Origin: Euryarchaeota archaeon UBA182
GTDB taxonomy: Archaea; Thermoplasmatota; Poseidoniia; Poseidoniales; Thalassarchaeaceae
Assembly: GCA_002495675.1 (NCBI GenBank)
Contig: DAGH01000023.1
Location: 1,184 to 65,183, forward strand
Direction of reading: 5' to 3'
DNA: 64,000 nt
Numbering within the stretch: position 1 is the stretch's first letter; each line of letters begins with the position of its first letter. The notes under the pieces were generated by a model, which had not been told where the DNA came from, made no database searches, and saw nothing but the letters and a program-made list of their open reading frames with translations. The position numbers were made by a program, and so were the translations under genes. Positions 1 through 10,730 of the stretch are shown piece by piece.

Positions 1-53
1 GCAATGGTCTGAGTCCATGTTTGTTTTTGTGAGAACCAGGGCCTTAGTCTTGC

Positions 54-1166
54 TCAGATGTTCAAACCAATTAATGCGTCTTCAACCGCATCAATTAGCC
101 AAGCGTGTACATCGTCATTCCCCATCTGAGATAGTGTTGAGTTAAGGAAAGCAGCCACCAGTGCATCCTCCGCCTCTTCTCCAGACAGCCCTCGTGCCAT
201 GAGGTAGAATCGCTGGCTTTCATCAACAGGCCCATTCGCCGTGCCATGGCCGCACCCAACCACGTCATTTTCCTCGACTTCTAGTTCAGGTATACTGTTC
301 GCCTTCGCCTTTTCAGACAACAACAGGTTGTGGAACAATTGACCGGCATCAGCCTGTCTCGCTCCCTTTTCTATTCGCAACATTCCTGTTCCCACTGAAG
401 TGCTATTACCGCCGCAAGCCGTATGCCATGCTAGACGACTGTAGGTGTTAGGGGCTAAATGACTGATCTCTATGTGGTGATCTAGATGCATCTGATCTGC
501 AGACAGGAGGGATCCCAAGACATTTAGGTTTGATCCAGGGGCGTCCAAAAGATATCTGATGTCAGCCTTTGTCCATGCGCTTCCAGCACTCACGGTACCA
601 GCGGTCACGGAAGAGTCGCGTCCCAATTTCAGAGCATCGACTCTCATGAGATTGCCATCGCGGGCCTTGTTTACGAAGACATCTTGGAGGAAGGAGCCAA
701 CTCCAGTGTGCCCTGTCCTCAGAATGCCCAACCATTCGGACGAGCCCTGAACTCTTGTCAATATCGTGGCCTCGCTAAATTTTCCGGTCTCTACGTGGAT
801 ATGCACTGCATCTAATCCACCAGTAGGCTTGACATCGAGGATTAGCGGAGTTTCATTCCTCCAGTTTTCGGGGATCGTAATGCGGATGGCCTTCCCATTC
901 GTTATCGCACTTAGGAATGAGTTACTTACAAGCGACCCCTCGAATGGAATTGATATGGCATTTCCCATTTCGAGGCTTATGTCGGATGCTTCTTCACCAT
1001 TGATCATGGATAGACTGATTTCAGGGGTTGAAATTCCGTCCGGTATCTCATTTGGATTTCCGGTGGGGTGAACCCTTTTCCAAGGGGTGTACCTCCAAAG
1101 ATGATCGGATCTTGGGGGCTCTTCCAATGAGAGGTATGCTTCTTCTGAGGCACTCATTACATTCAC
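54..1166 (-). CDS. sufD: Fe-S cluster assembly protein SufD
   Basis: 370-aa ORF with a SufB/SufD-family C-terminus (GHGTANGPVDESQRFYLMARGLSGEEAEDALVAAFL). It lies immediately downstream of sufB and sufC on the same strand. Confidence 0.85.
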   Translation of the reverse strand: MNVMSASEEAYLSLEEPPRSDHLWRYTPWKRVHPTGNPNEIPDGISTPEISLSMINGEEASDISLEMGNAISIPFEGSLVSNSFLSAITNGKAIRITIPENWRNETPLILDVKPTGGLDAVHIHVETGKFSEATILTRVQGSSEWLGILRTGHTGVGSFLQDVFVNKARDGNLMRVDALKLGRDSSVTAGTVSAGSAWTKADIRYLLDAPGSNLNVLGSLLSADQMHLDHHIEISHLAPNTYSRLAWHTACGGNSTSVGTGMLRIEKGARQADAGQLFHNLLLSEKAKANSIPELEVEENDVVGCGHGTANGPVDESQRFYLMARGLSGEEAEDALVAAFLNSTLSQMGNDDVHAWLIDAVEDALIGLNI

Positions 1167-1178
1167 CTTCGAGTGGTA

Positions 1179-2630
1179 TCAACCGATGCTACCTTCCATC
1201 TCGAGGGCCATTAGTTTGTTCAGTTCGACGGCATATTCCATGGGGAGCTCGCGAGTGAATGGCTCAAAGAACCCATTGACAATCATTGCCAATGCCTCCT
1301 CCTCTGAGTGGCCACGACTCATTAAGTAGAATACTTGATCATCACTGACCTTGGATACACTTGCTTCATGTTCGCACCGGGCAGAGGCGTTGGCGACTTC
1401 CATTGTTGGATAGGTGTCAGTCTGGCTCTCATCATCCAGAATCAAGGCGTCACAGACAACATTCAGTTTGCAGTTCTCTGCTTTGGGTGAGACAGTCACC
1501 ATCCCTCTGTAGGACCCTCTTCCCCCGTCTTTAGATATGGATTTGGAGAGAATCTTGCTGGTTGTATTGGAAGCCAAGTGGTGAACTTTGGCACCGGCAT
1601 CTTGATGCTGACCCTTTCCTGCATAGGCGATGGAAATCACTTCGGCATGAGACCCCTCTCCTTTGAGTATGACTGATGGGTACTTCATTGTCAATTTCGA
1701 TCCGATGTTGCCATCAATCCACTCAATAGATGCATCTTTGTGGGCTATCCCTCTTTTTGTGACAAGGTTGTATACGTTAGCCGACCAATTCTGGATGGTC
1801 GAATATCGGATGTGGGCGCCATCTAGTGCGATGAGTTCGACTACTGCTGAATGTAGTGAGTCCGTGGAGTATGTTGGTGCAGTACAGCCTTCTACGTAGT
1901 GTATGCTGGAACCTTCGTCAGCTATGATAAGGGTCCTTTCGAATTGACCCATGTTTTTGGCATTGATTCTGAAGTATGCTTGAACAGGCATCTCCACCTT
2001 GATGCCCTTGGGCACATAGATGAATGAGCCACCGGACCAAACTGCGGTGTTCAGAGCGGAGAACTTGTTATCTTGGTATGGAATCACGCTACAAAAATAC
2101 TCCTTGACGAGATCTGGGTACTCCCGCAGACCACTGTCCATGTCTAGGAAGATGACCCCCTGGGCCTCTAGGTCCTCCCTGATGCTATGATATACTGCCT
2201 CGGACTCATATTGGGCCGTGACTCCGGATAACCATTTTTGCTCTGCTTCTGGTATGCCAAGACGATCAAATGTGTTCCTGATGTCATCTGGAACATCGTC
2301 CCAGTCTTTCTCAGTGGCATCCGATGAACGTAGGTAATAACATACCTCGTCGAATTTGATTCCTTCCAAGGCCTCTCGATCTCCGAAACCAGGCATTGGC
2401 CTATTCACGAAATGGTGATATGCCTTCACCCTGATTTCTGTCATCCACTCAGGTTCATTCTTGATCGCGGATATTTTCCTAACGACATCTTCACTAAGCC
2501 CAGAGTCGAACCTGATCGTTGAGTGCTCCGGGTCATGCCATCCTAGATCGTAGTCTCCAACAGCTTCTCTTGCCTCTTCCATAGCCATAACTTCACTCTC
2601 CCTCATTGTTTCCAGACTCAAGCCATTCAT
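1179..2630 (-). CDS. sufB: Fe-S cluster assembly scaffold SufB
   Basis: 483-aa ORF with a near-canonical SufB C-terminus ([50 protein letters not shown]). The start at 2630 overlaps sufC by 38 nt. In-frame Met codons at 2588 or 2582 would remove the overlap. Confidence 0.93.
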   Translation of the reverse strand: MNGLSLETMRESEVMAMEEAREAVGDYDLGWHDPEHSTIRFDSGLSEDVVRKISAIKNEPEWMTEIRVKAYHHFVNRPMPGFGDREALEGIKFDEVCYYLRSSDATEKDWDDVPDDIRNTFDRLGIPEAEQKWLSGVTAQYESEAVYHSIREDLEAQGVIFLDMDSGLREYPDLVKEYFCSVIPYQDNKFSALNTAVWSGGSFIYVPKGIKVEMPVQAYFRINAKNMGQFERTLIIADEGSSIHYVEGCTAPTYSTDSLHSAVVELIALDGAHIRYSTIQNWSANVYNLVTKRGIAHKDASIEWIDGNIGSKLTMKYPSVILKGEGSHAEVISIAYAGKGQHQDAGAKVHHLASNTTSKILSKSISKDGGRGSYRGMVTVSPKAENCKLNVVCDALILDDESQTDTYPTMEVANASARCEHEASVSKVSDDQVFYLMSRGHSEEEALAMIVNGFFEPFTRELPMEYAVELNKLMALEMEGSIG

Positions 2631-3363
2631 ACCCTCTTTCTTCTAGTTCAAGGGCGAGTTCGGGCCCACCACTCCTGACTATCTTCCCTTCTATTAGGAC
2701 ATGGACGTAGTCGGGTTTAACATGCTCGAGAATTCTACTGTAGTGGGTGATTATGAGAGCACCTGAGTCTGACCCTCTTATGGCAGTATTGATGCCTCGT
2801 GAAACGACTCTTATTCCGTCTATGTCTAGCCCTGAGTCGGTTTCATCAAGAATAGCAAGCTTGGGTTTTAGAAGCATCAATTGAAGAATCTCGAATCGTT
2901 TTTTCTCACCGCCACTAAAGCCGTCGTTTACGTACCTTGACAGAAATGATCTGGGGATAGAGACCTCTTCCATAGCCGACTTGAGAGCCTCTCTGAACAC
3001 AGGCCCCTTAGCCGAGTCCTCCCCTCTTATCGAGGCGACGGACTTTCTCAGGAAGTGCCCGACTTGCAGACCGGGGACAGCCTGGGGGTATTGGAAAGAG
3101 AGAAAAACTCCTTTCCTTGCTCTTTCCCAGGCTTCCAATTCAAGGAGGTCCTCGCCATCCAGAGAGATCTTGCCCGAACTTATCTCATAGTCAGGGTGTC
3201 CCATGATGGTGCTAGCAGCAGTTGTCTTTCCACTTCCATTTCTTCCCATGATGGCATGAATTTCTCCCGGAGCGATATTGAGGTTGATACCGTGTAGTAT
3301 CTCATTGCCCTCAATGCCAACGTGAAGGTCTTTGATTGACAAGACGGGTTGAGTGTCCGACAT
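2593..3363 (-). CDS. sufC: Fe-S cluster assembly ATPase SufC
   Basis: Walker [13 protein letters not shown] signature FSGGEKKR, Walker [14 protein letters not shown] moved the start to the ATG at 3363 ([15 protein letters not shown]); the 30 upstream codons of the track ORF look like a spurious extension. Confidence 0.93.
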   Translation of the reverse strand: MSDTQPVLSIKDLHVGIEGNEILHGINLNIAPGEIHAIMGRNGSGKTTAASTIMGHPDYEISSGKISLDGEDLLELEAWERARKGVFLSFQYPQAVPGLQVGHFLRKSVASIRGEDSAKGPVFREALKSAMEEVSIPRSFLSRYVNDGFSGGEKKRFEILQLMLLKPKLAILDETDSGLDIDGIRVVSRGINTAIRGSDSGALIITHYSRILEHVKPDYVHVLIEGKIVRSGGPELALELEERGYEWLESGNNEGE

Positions 3364-3459
3364 TTTAGATGCTCTCCTACCTCGGCCTTGAAGCCACGGC
3401 TTTTCAACCCCTTTATGTGTCCATGAGATCAAACATAACATAATCCTCTGCACTTTGGG

Positions 3460-3957
3460 ATGAACATGCCTGCCCCCTCAAGCCCCCGCCCAGACGATGA
3501 TCTCGAGACTCTCTATCGATCACAGATTCAATCTATGATGACTGAAGAATCACAAAAGCGCATTGACAGGCATGTCGACCCAGAGGAGGACAAAAGACTC
3601 CTGAATTTGGATATCGTTGAATTGGTCTCCTCTTCATCCGAGGATGCTGTCCCAGCGCTCATGGCACGATTAGGAGTTGTGAGGGCAGCACTGATAGGCC
3701 ACGGTGGCGCACTTGTTATACACGCCCACTCGATAACCAAGGATCAAGCAGGTGCAGAGTTTCTTTCCCTGGTAATAGACCTCGACGGAGCTTGTGTTTC
3801 CTGTGGTGCTGCTCCAGGCACATTGAAGGGCATTCAAGACGACTTGCTGTCAGACCCTAAAATCTCACGCGTCAGATTCAACAAAGGTATGCTTGACTGG
3901 TTCACAGAGATCCAGAGAGAATTTGTCCTAGAGCACGGGGGGGTCACTTTCTCCTGA
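3460..3957 (+). CDS. NifU C-terminal (Nfu)-like Fe-S carrier with an N-terminal extension of about 70 aa
   Basis: The segment HGGALVIHAHS...VIDLDGACVSCGAAPGTLKGIQDDL matches the Nfu/NifU-C pattern, with a CxxC pair followed by TLK. It is divergent from sufCBD across a 96-bp spacer. Confidence 0.65.
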   Translation: MNMPAPSSPRPDDDLETLYRSQIQSMMTEESQKRIDRHVDPEEDKRLLNLDIVELVSSSSEDAVPALMARLGVVRAALIGHGGALVIHAHSITKDQAGAEFLSLVIDLDGACVSCGAAPGTLKGIQDDLLSDPKISRVRFNKGMLDWFTEIQREFVLEHGGVTFS

Positions 3958-3960
3958 TCC

Positions 3961-4566
3961 TCAGATCTCTACAGACAAGACCCGCCGTAGTCTTTTAACG
4001 GCCTTTGACGAGAATCCCAAAACTGTTATTTCATCACCATCAGATATATCGATATGTCGAGATGCAAGCCCCATAATGTCGTAGCCACCCGCTTTCCCCT
4101 TCCACGAACCTGTCCTTACCAACTCTTCTAGATCACCATCCATCAATGGCTGCATGAATACTTCGGATTTGTCTGAAAACAACTCCCATGTAATCACTTG
4201 ATTTGGAGTGATTAAAGCGGTGCAACTGTGGACATAATGCCTCTTTCCAGAGAGACTTCTGAGCATATTCTCCGCTTCTTTAGAATCATGCGGTTTTCCC
4301 AATGCAATCCCCGAGGTTGGGTCTTCTACCAATGTATCCGAAACCAACGCTATCCAATCATTCGGCTTCACTTCAAGGTCACGCCTAGCGCGGGTAGCCT
4401 TTGCATTGGCTATGTCCCTTACAGTGGTCGGCACATCTCCTTTTGTTGAGTACCTTGACTCATCTATGTCCATTGATCTAAATTCTATTTGGTGCCCGTT
4501 CATCCAATCCTGCTTTGAAATCCAGTCCCTCCTTCTCGTCGAGGAGGAAGCTAGGATGACCCTCAT
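3961..4566 (-). CDS. maf: Maf-like nucleoside triphosphate pyrophosphatase
   Basis: N-terminus MRVILASSSTRRRD and C-terminal GKAGGYDIMG...GDEITVLGF are typical Maf motifs. Its ATG overlaps the stop of the upstream protease gene (TGATG). Confidence 0.85.
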   Translation of the reverse strand: MRVILASSSTRRRDWISKQDWMNGHQIEFRSMDIDESRYSTKGDVPTTVRDIANAKATRARRDLEVKPNDWIALVSDTLVEDPTSGIALGKPHDSKEAENMLRSLSGKRHYVHSCTALITPNQVITWELFSDKSEVFMQPLMDGDLEELVRTGSWKGKAGGYDIMGLASRHIDISDGDEITVLGFSSKAVKRLRRVLSVEI

Positions 4567-7500
4567 CAGAAGCCCTCAACCCGCGCTCCGCAAGACGGAC
4601 AAGTCGTTTTTCTTATCTCCTTGAACAGTTCAAACCGGGCATGACAGACATTGCACATCACCGTTCTGTACGGGTTAGTTGGGTCCGTTGGCGGAGGTGG
4701 AACAGGTTTGGTTTCAACAACAAACTCTGGTTGTGAAGTTATCACTCTCGGGGCTACTTCCTCCACCTCGTCCTGGTCAATCTCCAATGCATCCTCTGGG
4801 TCAGCTTCGATTACCACGGAAGCAGACCTCCTCCTGTCTCTCATATTCGAGAATCCCTGCCTAACAGTCCCGACGAGTAGGGAGATCAGTATTACCAAAA
4901 TTGCAGTCGCGATGCCTATCAACAGTAAATTGAACTCGGTCTCTTCCAATCCAAGGGCCAATCTTGCAGACTCAAAGATATTCGTCGGACCATCATCCAA
5001 ATCTCCATTGCTTGTAATTTCAATGATGGCCCAGCCGCCGGAAGAAGTCTGAACCATGAAAGGAAAAACAAGACCGTCAGAAACGGCCGAGGCTGCATAA
5101 GCTCTTCCAGAAGACACCCTATTTCCTATTCCAATCCAACCCTCTTCCGGGTCGATCACCCCCACGCTCACCACACGTCCGACCGGGCTGATATGGTCAT
5201 ACACGACAAACAAGGTATCCCCCCGTTGAGAGATTTTGACATATTCCCCTCCTCTGGCAAGGGTGGTTGTGGATACCCCATTGGAAAGGCCGAAACTTTC
5301 GTCCACAATCACTGTTTTTAGAACAGAACGGTCTGGGTCCCCCTCAAACCATGCCATCGAGACACTATCTTCGCCATCCACGCTAGTCACAGCCATTGTA
5401 GGAGAGGATGCCTGAACGGCAATCGCCCTCTTGTAGAACCATGAATCAGTCCCCTGAATACCGTGTGCGTACCATAGCCCCAGGACGGGTTCCGATGACG
5501 TATCGTTCCTAGATGACACGTAGGCGATATGAATCAAGTCATCTCCGATCTCTACTTCAATCGGCGCTTCGCTCAGGGACATGGAATCAACATCCCGAAT
5601 TACATTCTCAGTTAGCTCCCACTCACTTGCTGATTGTGGCTTCTCTCCACGAAGAGTAAAGATGGACTCCGAGGGTTCGAAGAGTGATCCACTCAGCATG
5701 TCCCTTAGATATCCTGCGATTACGATTTCACCGTCATCCTCGTCCAAATCTACACCGAAATAATCACCTATGTTTTTCGGGAGTGGATCCATGAGGTCTT
5801 GAGGGACCGTCAACGAGCACTGATCATCAACTGTGGCGTATGAGACAGTCTCGCTCAATACCCCAGTTCCAGTGACAAGCCTCCGAGTCCAAACGACATG
5901 TGCAATACTGCTGTCATCTACAGTGGCTGAAATCGATCCACCCCAAAATCTTTCGAGTGGGGTATTGCACTTTATTATCTCTCCATTCGCCTCGATTCTG
6001 TGCATGACAATTTGAGTGCCTTCAGAGGTGAGAATTAGCCCCGTCTCTCGGAATGAAATCACCGAAAGGGGCTGTTCCAATTCTCCGATGGAGGTCAACC
6101 TAGTCTTTACTTGGGAGTCCTCAACAACAATCGATCCTTCGAGCTCATTGTTAGACCAATCTTCGTCTGTTAACTCCGGACCAGTGACAGTGAATCTATA
6201 TCTCATCATGCCGGAGTCGCGGCCTTGGACTGGGAACTCAATTATCACACTCTGTCCAGATGGAAGCATCGACAAAGATCTGGAAGAAACCGGTAACCAA
6301 CCAACTCCTCCAGAGTCCATCGAGTAAAATGTGACCTCGACGGACGATGCATCTTCAGATCCTTGGTTTTTCACCATCGCGCTGAGAATAAACTGATCAC
6401 CGGGCGTGGGCATGGCTGGCGAAGCAAATACCCCCCCGTCCAGAACCACGATATCTACCCCCTCTGCGAGTGCATTGACTTCAAAGTCGATCGAAGCGGT
6501 GTTGTCGGTCTCGTCCAACTCCTCTATGGAGTTGGTATTGTCAATTATCACTTTGACGTCCTTGGTACCAGCAATAGATGGGCTCCAGTAGAGCGTGAAA
6601 GGAACTTGCTCGCCAACGGATACCTTCTCAATGGTGGTCTCATATCTTCTTTGCCCGTCCTCAAAGAGTGAGATGAGGATGTCGTTGGCACCAACATCTC
6701 CCTCGTTTCTAACTTCTCCCCGTACTTCGAGAAATGATCCAACCAATGATTCCCTGATTGGAATCCCGTAGTCAGTCACCTGCACCCCATCCATCAGAAT
6801 AAGGTTAGGCCTTGGTGGCAGGTTATCGATGTCAATCGTTCTGCGCTCAACTTCGCTCTTCAGACCCCCACCAGAGATCACTTGGAGATAGAGGTCGTGT
6901 TCGCCCTCCTCGTATTCTCGAGTGTCTATTGAGAATTGGAACTCACCTGTGTACCCATCTCGATTGATGTTCTGTTCCGACAGAGTGGGGCCATCTTCCC
7001 AATCGCCATTGTCTATCTTCCAGCGCATGAACCCGCCATCGATCGTCGAATAAGATCCCTCAACGGCCATTAAACCTGAAACGACCGAGTCCTGTTCTGG
7101 CCCTGATATCCCTATGTCTATGTTCCCAACTGGATGCGTGCTTTGATTGGTCTGGCTTCTTCTTCCCGACTCGTTTGTTGCTGTGGCAGATAGTCTCAGA
7201 TTTGCGTTGTAATAGTCGTTCACATCTATCTCAGGAACCAATACAGTAGTAGTCCATCTTCCTTCAAGTAAGGTGATGTTCGTTTCGTTTAAGACCATGG
7301 TTTTGAATGACTCAATCTTACCATTTGGCATCTCTTTTCTGTAGGTCAGCTCAGCACTTACTTCAATTGCGTCAACGCCGCTGGTACTTGGATCGCTTTT
7401 GTTGAGTATGCCACTAAAAGAGTAATTTTTGCCTTGAGCTAGCCATTCTCCCTCAAGAGGGGATTGAACGTGAACCCATTCCGCGCCGCCAACGATCTGA

Positions 7501-9176
7501 GTGCATTCGCCCCCGATCAGGCAACGAAACGCAGTTTCACCATCGATTATGCCATATCCATATTGATTATTCCACCTAGCGTCAATCGAAGGGCTACTTG
7601 GGGCTCCTCTTTGTTCAGCAGTTTGTTTGATGATGTTTTTGACATCATCGGGCGTCAAGGTATTGTCATATGACAATATCAGTGCCGCTAGACCTGCAAC
7701 TGCTGGACACGCCATGCTTGTTCCGTCCTTGCTAGTGTAATCGTCGGATGCTCGGGGCTGTTCACCGACAGGAAGTGGGTTTGGGGCTGCATATTGAGCA
7801 GAAACTATCCCACTTCCGGGCGCCACTACGTCGGGCTTCAACTCATCTGAGGAATCCCCATCGCCATCGTCTGTTCTTGGCCCGTAGTTGGAATAGGAAG
7901 CGATTTCATCGTCATCCCTCTCTATGGAGTTATCATCGTCTATCGAACCAACTGTAATCGCCTTGTCGGCGGCACCAACGGAGGTCACTCTGTTGGCTCC
8001 ATCGTTTCCTATGGCTGCCACAGCTACGACGCCCGCATCGACTGCAGCATTGACCGCCCTCGCATCTGCATTCTGGCCATCATCCCCTTGGTCGTCTCCT
8101 CCGGGATTGCTGATTGAACCAAAAGACATAGACATCACATCAATGCCCCTACTGGATTCGTTATTGCCCCAGTCTGTATCGACATTGTTCGCCACCCAGT
8201 TTATGCCACGAAGTGTTGCCTGTGAGTTCGTTGTCCCAATGTCGTTGAGGACTTTAACGTCAATGAGGTAGGATCCCGGCGAATATCCTATGTTGTCACG
8301 ATCCGAATCACCTGAGCCCAATGCGATTCCTGCCACATGGGTGCCGTGGCCATCCCCGTCATCCGGATCGAAATTTCCATCTGAACACTCTACCTGATTG
8401 CTGGAGGTTGCATCACATCCAGCCACCCATTTTGGGTCATTTAGGTCGCTAGGTTCGTTCTGATTGTCCTGATTAGCATCGGAAAAGTCGTCCAGCGAGA
8501 AATGCTCGTTGTCTACCCCAGTATCCAGAACTGCAATTACAACCCCATCGCCCATGTAGCCGTTGCTCCAGAAAGACTCAGGGTAAAAATCACTGGACCT
8601 GACCTTGGAGGCCTTTGTTGCGACATTGAGGTAGGGCTCCAGCACATTCTGTTGCTCGATGAGGACAACTCCACTCAAAGAAAGTACGTCATTCAATGCC
8701 GAGACCGGGACCCTGTCAACCACGATTGAATCCAATATGTCCATTCTGAAGAAAAACGACCCTTCTGGAGTCCAACCATGGTTCAATAGAGTTGCATTCA
8801 GAGAATCCGCGTCCGATTTCCCAGGGTGCCATGCATAGTTTATCACAATTGCAACAGTTTTTCTCCCATCCGGGCCTATCAATGAGGTGGGAGAGATTGA
8901 TTCCGAGGCTCCATAGATTATGCTCTCCAATCGATCATCCATGCCATCCGAGTTTGTATCGTATCCAAATGATAGCCACCAGCCAGGCTCCTCAACCGGG
9001 TCACTGGCGTCAGGAGGCATCTCAAATGAGGCCCATTCCTCGACTTCCAGGGAGGAGTCTTGAGTTAGAATTGATGCTCCTGCCGATGCATCCATCACTA
9101 TGATCAGGAGAGATAGAAAGATGGCCCTTTTCGCCCCACTGTAATGCATATCCGTCCCCTCTATGATGCAGACCAT
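4566..9176 (-). CDS. Giant membrane-anchored subtilisin-like (S8) serine protease with CARDB-like and propeller-like domains and a cytoplasmic zinc-ribbon tail
   Basis: Catalytic triad motifs VLDTGVDNEH (Asp), GHGTHVAGIA (His) and DGTSMACPAVAGLAAL (Ser). N-terminal signal/anchor KRAIFLSLLIIVMDASAGA. CARDB-like repeats (VRNEGDVGANDILISL, VKNQGSEDASSVEVTF). One TM (FNLLLIGIATAILVILISLLVGTV) followed by a 98-aa tail ending CNVCHARFELFKEIRKTTCPSCG. An alternative start is Met10 at 9149. Confidence 0.9.
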   Translation of the reverse strand: MVCIIEGTDMHYSGAKRAIFLSLLIIVMDASAGASILTQDSSLEVEEWASFEMPPDASDPVEEPGWWLSFGYDTNSDGMDDRLESIIYGASESISPTSLIGPDGRKTVAIVINYAWHPGKSDADSLNATLLNHGWTPEGSFFFRMDILDSIVVDRVPVSALNDVLSLSGVVLIEQQNVLEPYLNVATKASKVRSSDFYPESFWSNGYMGDGVVIAVLDTGVDNEHFSLDDFSDANQDNQNEPSDLNDPKWVAGCDATSSNQVECSDGNFDPDDGDGHGTHVAGIALGSGDSDRDNIGYSPGSYLIDVKVLNDIGTTNSQATLRGINWVANNVDTDWGNNESSRGIDVMSMSFGSISNPGGDDQGDDGQNADARAVNAAVDAGVVAVAAIGNDGANRVTSVGAADKAITVGSIDDDNSIERDDDEIASYSNYGPRTDDGDGDSSDELKPDVVAPGSGIVSAQYAAPNPLPVGEQPRASDDYTSKDGTSMACPAVAGLAALILSYDNTLTPDDVKNIIKQTAEQRGAPSSPSIDARWNNQYGYGIIDGETAFRCLIGGECTQIVGGAEWVHVQSPLEGEWLAQGKNYSFSGILNKSDPSTSGVDAIEVSAELTYRKEMPNGKIESFKTMVLNETNITLLEGRWTTTVLVPEIDVNDYYNANLRLSATATNESGRRSQTNQSTHPVGNIDIGISGPEQDSVVSGLMAVEGSYSTIDGGFMRWKIDNGDWEDGPTLSEQNINRDGYTGEFQFSIDTREYEEGEHDLYLQVISGGGLKSEVERRTIDIDNLPPRPNLILMDGVQVTDYGIPIRESLVGSFLEVRGEVRNEGDVGANDILISLFEDGQRRYETTIEKVSVGEQVPFTLYWSPSIAGTKDVKVIIDNTNSIEELDETDNTASIDFEVNALAEGVDIVVLDGGVFASPAMPTPGDQFILSAMVKNQGSEDASSVEVTFYSMDSGGVGWLPVSSRSLSMLPSGQSVIIEFPVQGRDSGMMRYRFTVTGPELTDEDWSNNELEGSIVVEDSQVKTRLTSIGELEQPLSVISFRETGLILTSEGTQIVMHRIEANGEIIKCNTPLERFWGGSISATVDDSSIAHVVWTRRLVTGTGVLSETVSYATVDDQCSLTVPQDLMDPLPKNIGDYFGVDLDEDDGEIVIAGYLRDMLSGSLFEPSESIFTLRGEKPQSASEWELTENVIRDVDSMSLSEAPIEVEIGDDLIHIAYVSSRNDTSSEPVLGLWYAHGIQGTDSWFYKRAIAVQASSPTMAVTSVDGEDSVSMAWFEGDPDRSVLKTVIVDESFGLSNGVSTTTLARGGEYVKISQRGDTLFVVYDHISPVGRVVSVGVIDPEEGWIGIGNRVSSGRAYAASAVSDGLVFPFMVQTSSGGWAIIEITSNGDLDDGPTNIFESARLALGLEETEFNLLLIGIATAILVILISLLVGTVRQGFSNMRDRRRSASVVIEADPEDALEIDQDEVEEVAPRVITSQPEFVVETKPVPPPPTDPTNPYRTVMCNVCHARFELFKEIRKTTCPSCGARVEGF

Positions 9177-9211
9177 GTATAATCTCGACTTCGATATGTA
9201 TCGCCGGAGGA

Positions 9212-10114
9212 CTATTTTAGTGGGCGAACTCCATTTTGGAAAGACTCCAGTATTGGAATGACTTCCGGGTCGTGGGCGAATTGATTGCTCGGGACTTCAA
9301 TCAAGGTTGATTCTGGGAGATTTTCCACAAGGAAGCCTATGGCGCTATCTGCATGCAATTTGTCTGATTCTGCAGTGATTAGAGCCACTCTAGAATCGAC
9401 CTTGGAGAGGTCCACTTTCATTCTGTATGATCCGTTGGACAACGCACTTAGCCTGAGCCGATTTACGTTGGATGCAAGCAATGTCCTTCGATAACGTATC
9501 TTCTGACCCTCCTCCTTCAGCTTGAGATCTAGGTAGAATATTGCCAGCCTGATCAGTGGGGGGTAGAAGATACTGGGCATTTTGATCAAGGGCCTGCTCC
9601 ATAATGGGAAATCAAAGCTAACGTTCGGGGCTAACAATGACACGCTTCTAGCTTTGAAAATCTCCTGATTCAATGCTTCTAGCAAGACGGTCGCACCCAG
9701 TGACGAGGCGAACCAATCGCATCCTGACTGGATCTCGGGCAGATTCTCAGTCACTGTCGAGAGATCCCGAACGCTTTGTTGTATGGATAGTGTCGACTTT
9801 CTTAATTTCCCCTTGGATTTCGCACTCCCCTTCTCTCTGGTTTCTATGTAGTATATTTTTCTAGTGAGCGCCCAAGCTTCGACGATCCCTCGCCAGCCCT
9901 CCAGAACACTATTCCAGCCAGGCACCATTACCAATGGAGGAGCATCAACTTCTGATTGAGGCGAGCATATGACGACACGCAATTGCCACCCATCATCCAT
10001 TTCTATCATTCTAGATTCGGATTCAAAGCCATCGTTTTTTGGCATTGACTTCCAGGGGTCATCCACAATACTCACGCCTCGAACACAAAACCAGCCATGA
10101 TCAATTGAATTCAA
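9212..10114 (-). CDS. Alpha/beta-fold hydrolase (putative)
   Basis: 300-aa ORF. The length and the nucleophile-elbow-like WFASSLGATVLLEA (A-x-S-x-G) downstream of PLVMVPGWNS (oxyanion region) fit an alpha/beta hydrolase. It overlaps the lemA stop by 14 nt; Met24 at 10045 is an alternative start. Confidence 0.55.
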   Translation of the reverse strand: MNSIDHGWFCVRGVSIVDDPWKSMPKNDGFESESRMIEMDDGWQLRVVICSPQSEVDAPPLVMVPGWNSVLEGWRGIVEAWALTRKIYYIETREKGSAKSKGKLRKSTLSIQQSVRDLSTVTENLPEIQSGCDWFASSLGATVLLEALNQEIFKARSVSLLAPNVSFDFPLWSRPLIKMPSIFYPPLIRLAIFYLDLKLKEEGQKIRYRRTLLASNVNRLRLSALSNGSYRMKVDLSKVDSRVALITAESDKLHADSAIGFLVENLPESTLIEVPSNQFAHDPEVIPILESFQNGVRPLK

Positions 10115-10691
10115 GAGAAGGCCTTTTCCTCTGATCTAGGTCATCCATCACAAATAATTCCATCTCAGATTTGCCCATCCAATTGGCAATGATGACGTTC
10201 GGGAACACCTCGATCAGGTTGTTGAAACTAGTCACTTCCGCATTGTAGGTTTCCCTCCTATCGCTGATAATGTTCTCGATTTCGCTAATTTGATCTTGGA
10301 GCTGGAGGAAGGACTCATTTGCTTTGAGGTCCGGGTACTGTTCTGCAACGGCGTAAATTTTCGGGAGCATCTGTCCCAGTAGTGCTTCGTTCTTAGAAAC
10401 TCCCCCGATATCGCCGCCTTTTGATGCGCCAGAAGCGGCCATTCGCACATCTGCGAATTTCATGAAAAGGTCCTTTTCGTGCTTCGCATATCCTGATACG
10501 GTCTCAACGAGGCTGGTAAACTGATCATATCGTTGTTGGAGGACGACATCCACATTGGACCAAGACTGCTCGACTCTGTTCTCCATTCGAACTATCCTGT
10601 TGTAGAGTCCAATCCCCCAAAAAAGGGCGATTAAAAGGACTATCCCAAAACAACTGGAACCGGCTAGTAACGCGATTGTTGCGCTTTCCAT
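10101..10691 (-). CDS. lemA: LemA family membrane protein
   Basis: N-terminal TM followed by LYNRIVRMENRVEQSWSNVDVVLQQRYDQFTSLVETVSGYAKHEKDLF and YPDLKANESFLQLQ, the classic LemA signature. Confidence 0.9.
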   Translation of the reverse strand: MESATIALLAGSSCFGIVLLIALFWGIGLYNRIVRMENRVEQSWSNVDVVLQQRYDQFTSLVETVSGYAKHEKDLFMKFADVRMAASGASKGGDIGGVSKNEALLGQMLPKIYAVAEQYPDLKANESFLQLQDQISEIENIISDRRETYNAEVTSFNNLIEVFPNVIIANWMGKSEMELFVMDDLDQRKRPSLEFN

Positions 10692-10730
10692 GGAGGCCCG
10701 AAGCCCGGCGAAGAGATGAACCTTGGCCTA

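Noticed and set aside
3364-3453. N-terminal extensions in the ORF track (sufC 3364-3453, crcB 13986-14057, adhesin 23438-23527, phnC 33728-33808, gpsA 36421-36447, CaCA 61379-61555, large Mo subunit 56429-56518)
   Set aside because: These extensions start at upstream or alternative codons. They overlap neighbouring genes or precede obvious signal peptides or conserved N-termini. Internal ATGs, often with SD-like motifs upstream, give family-typical N-termini.
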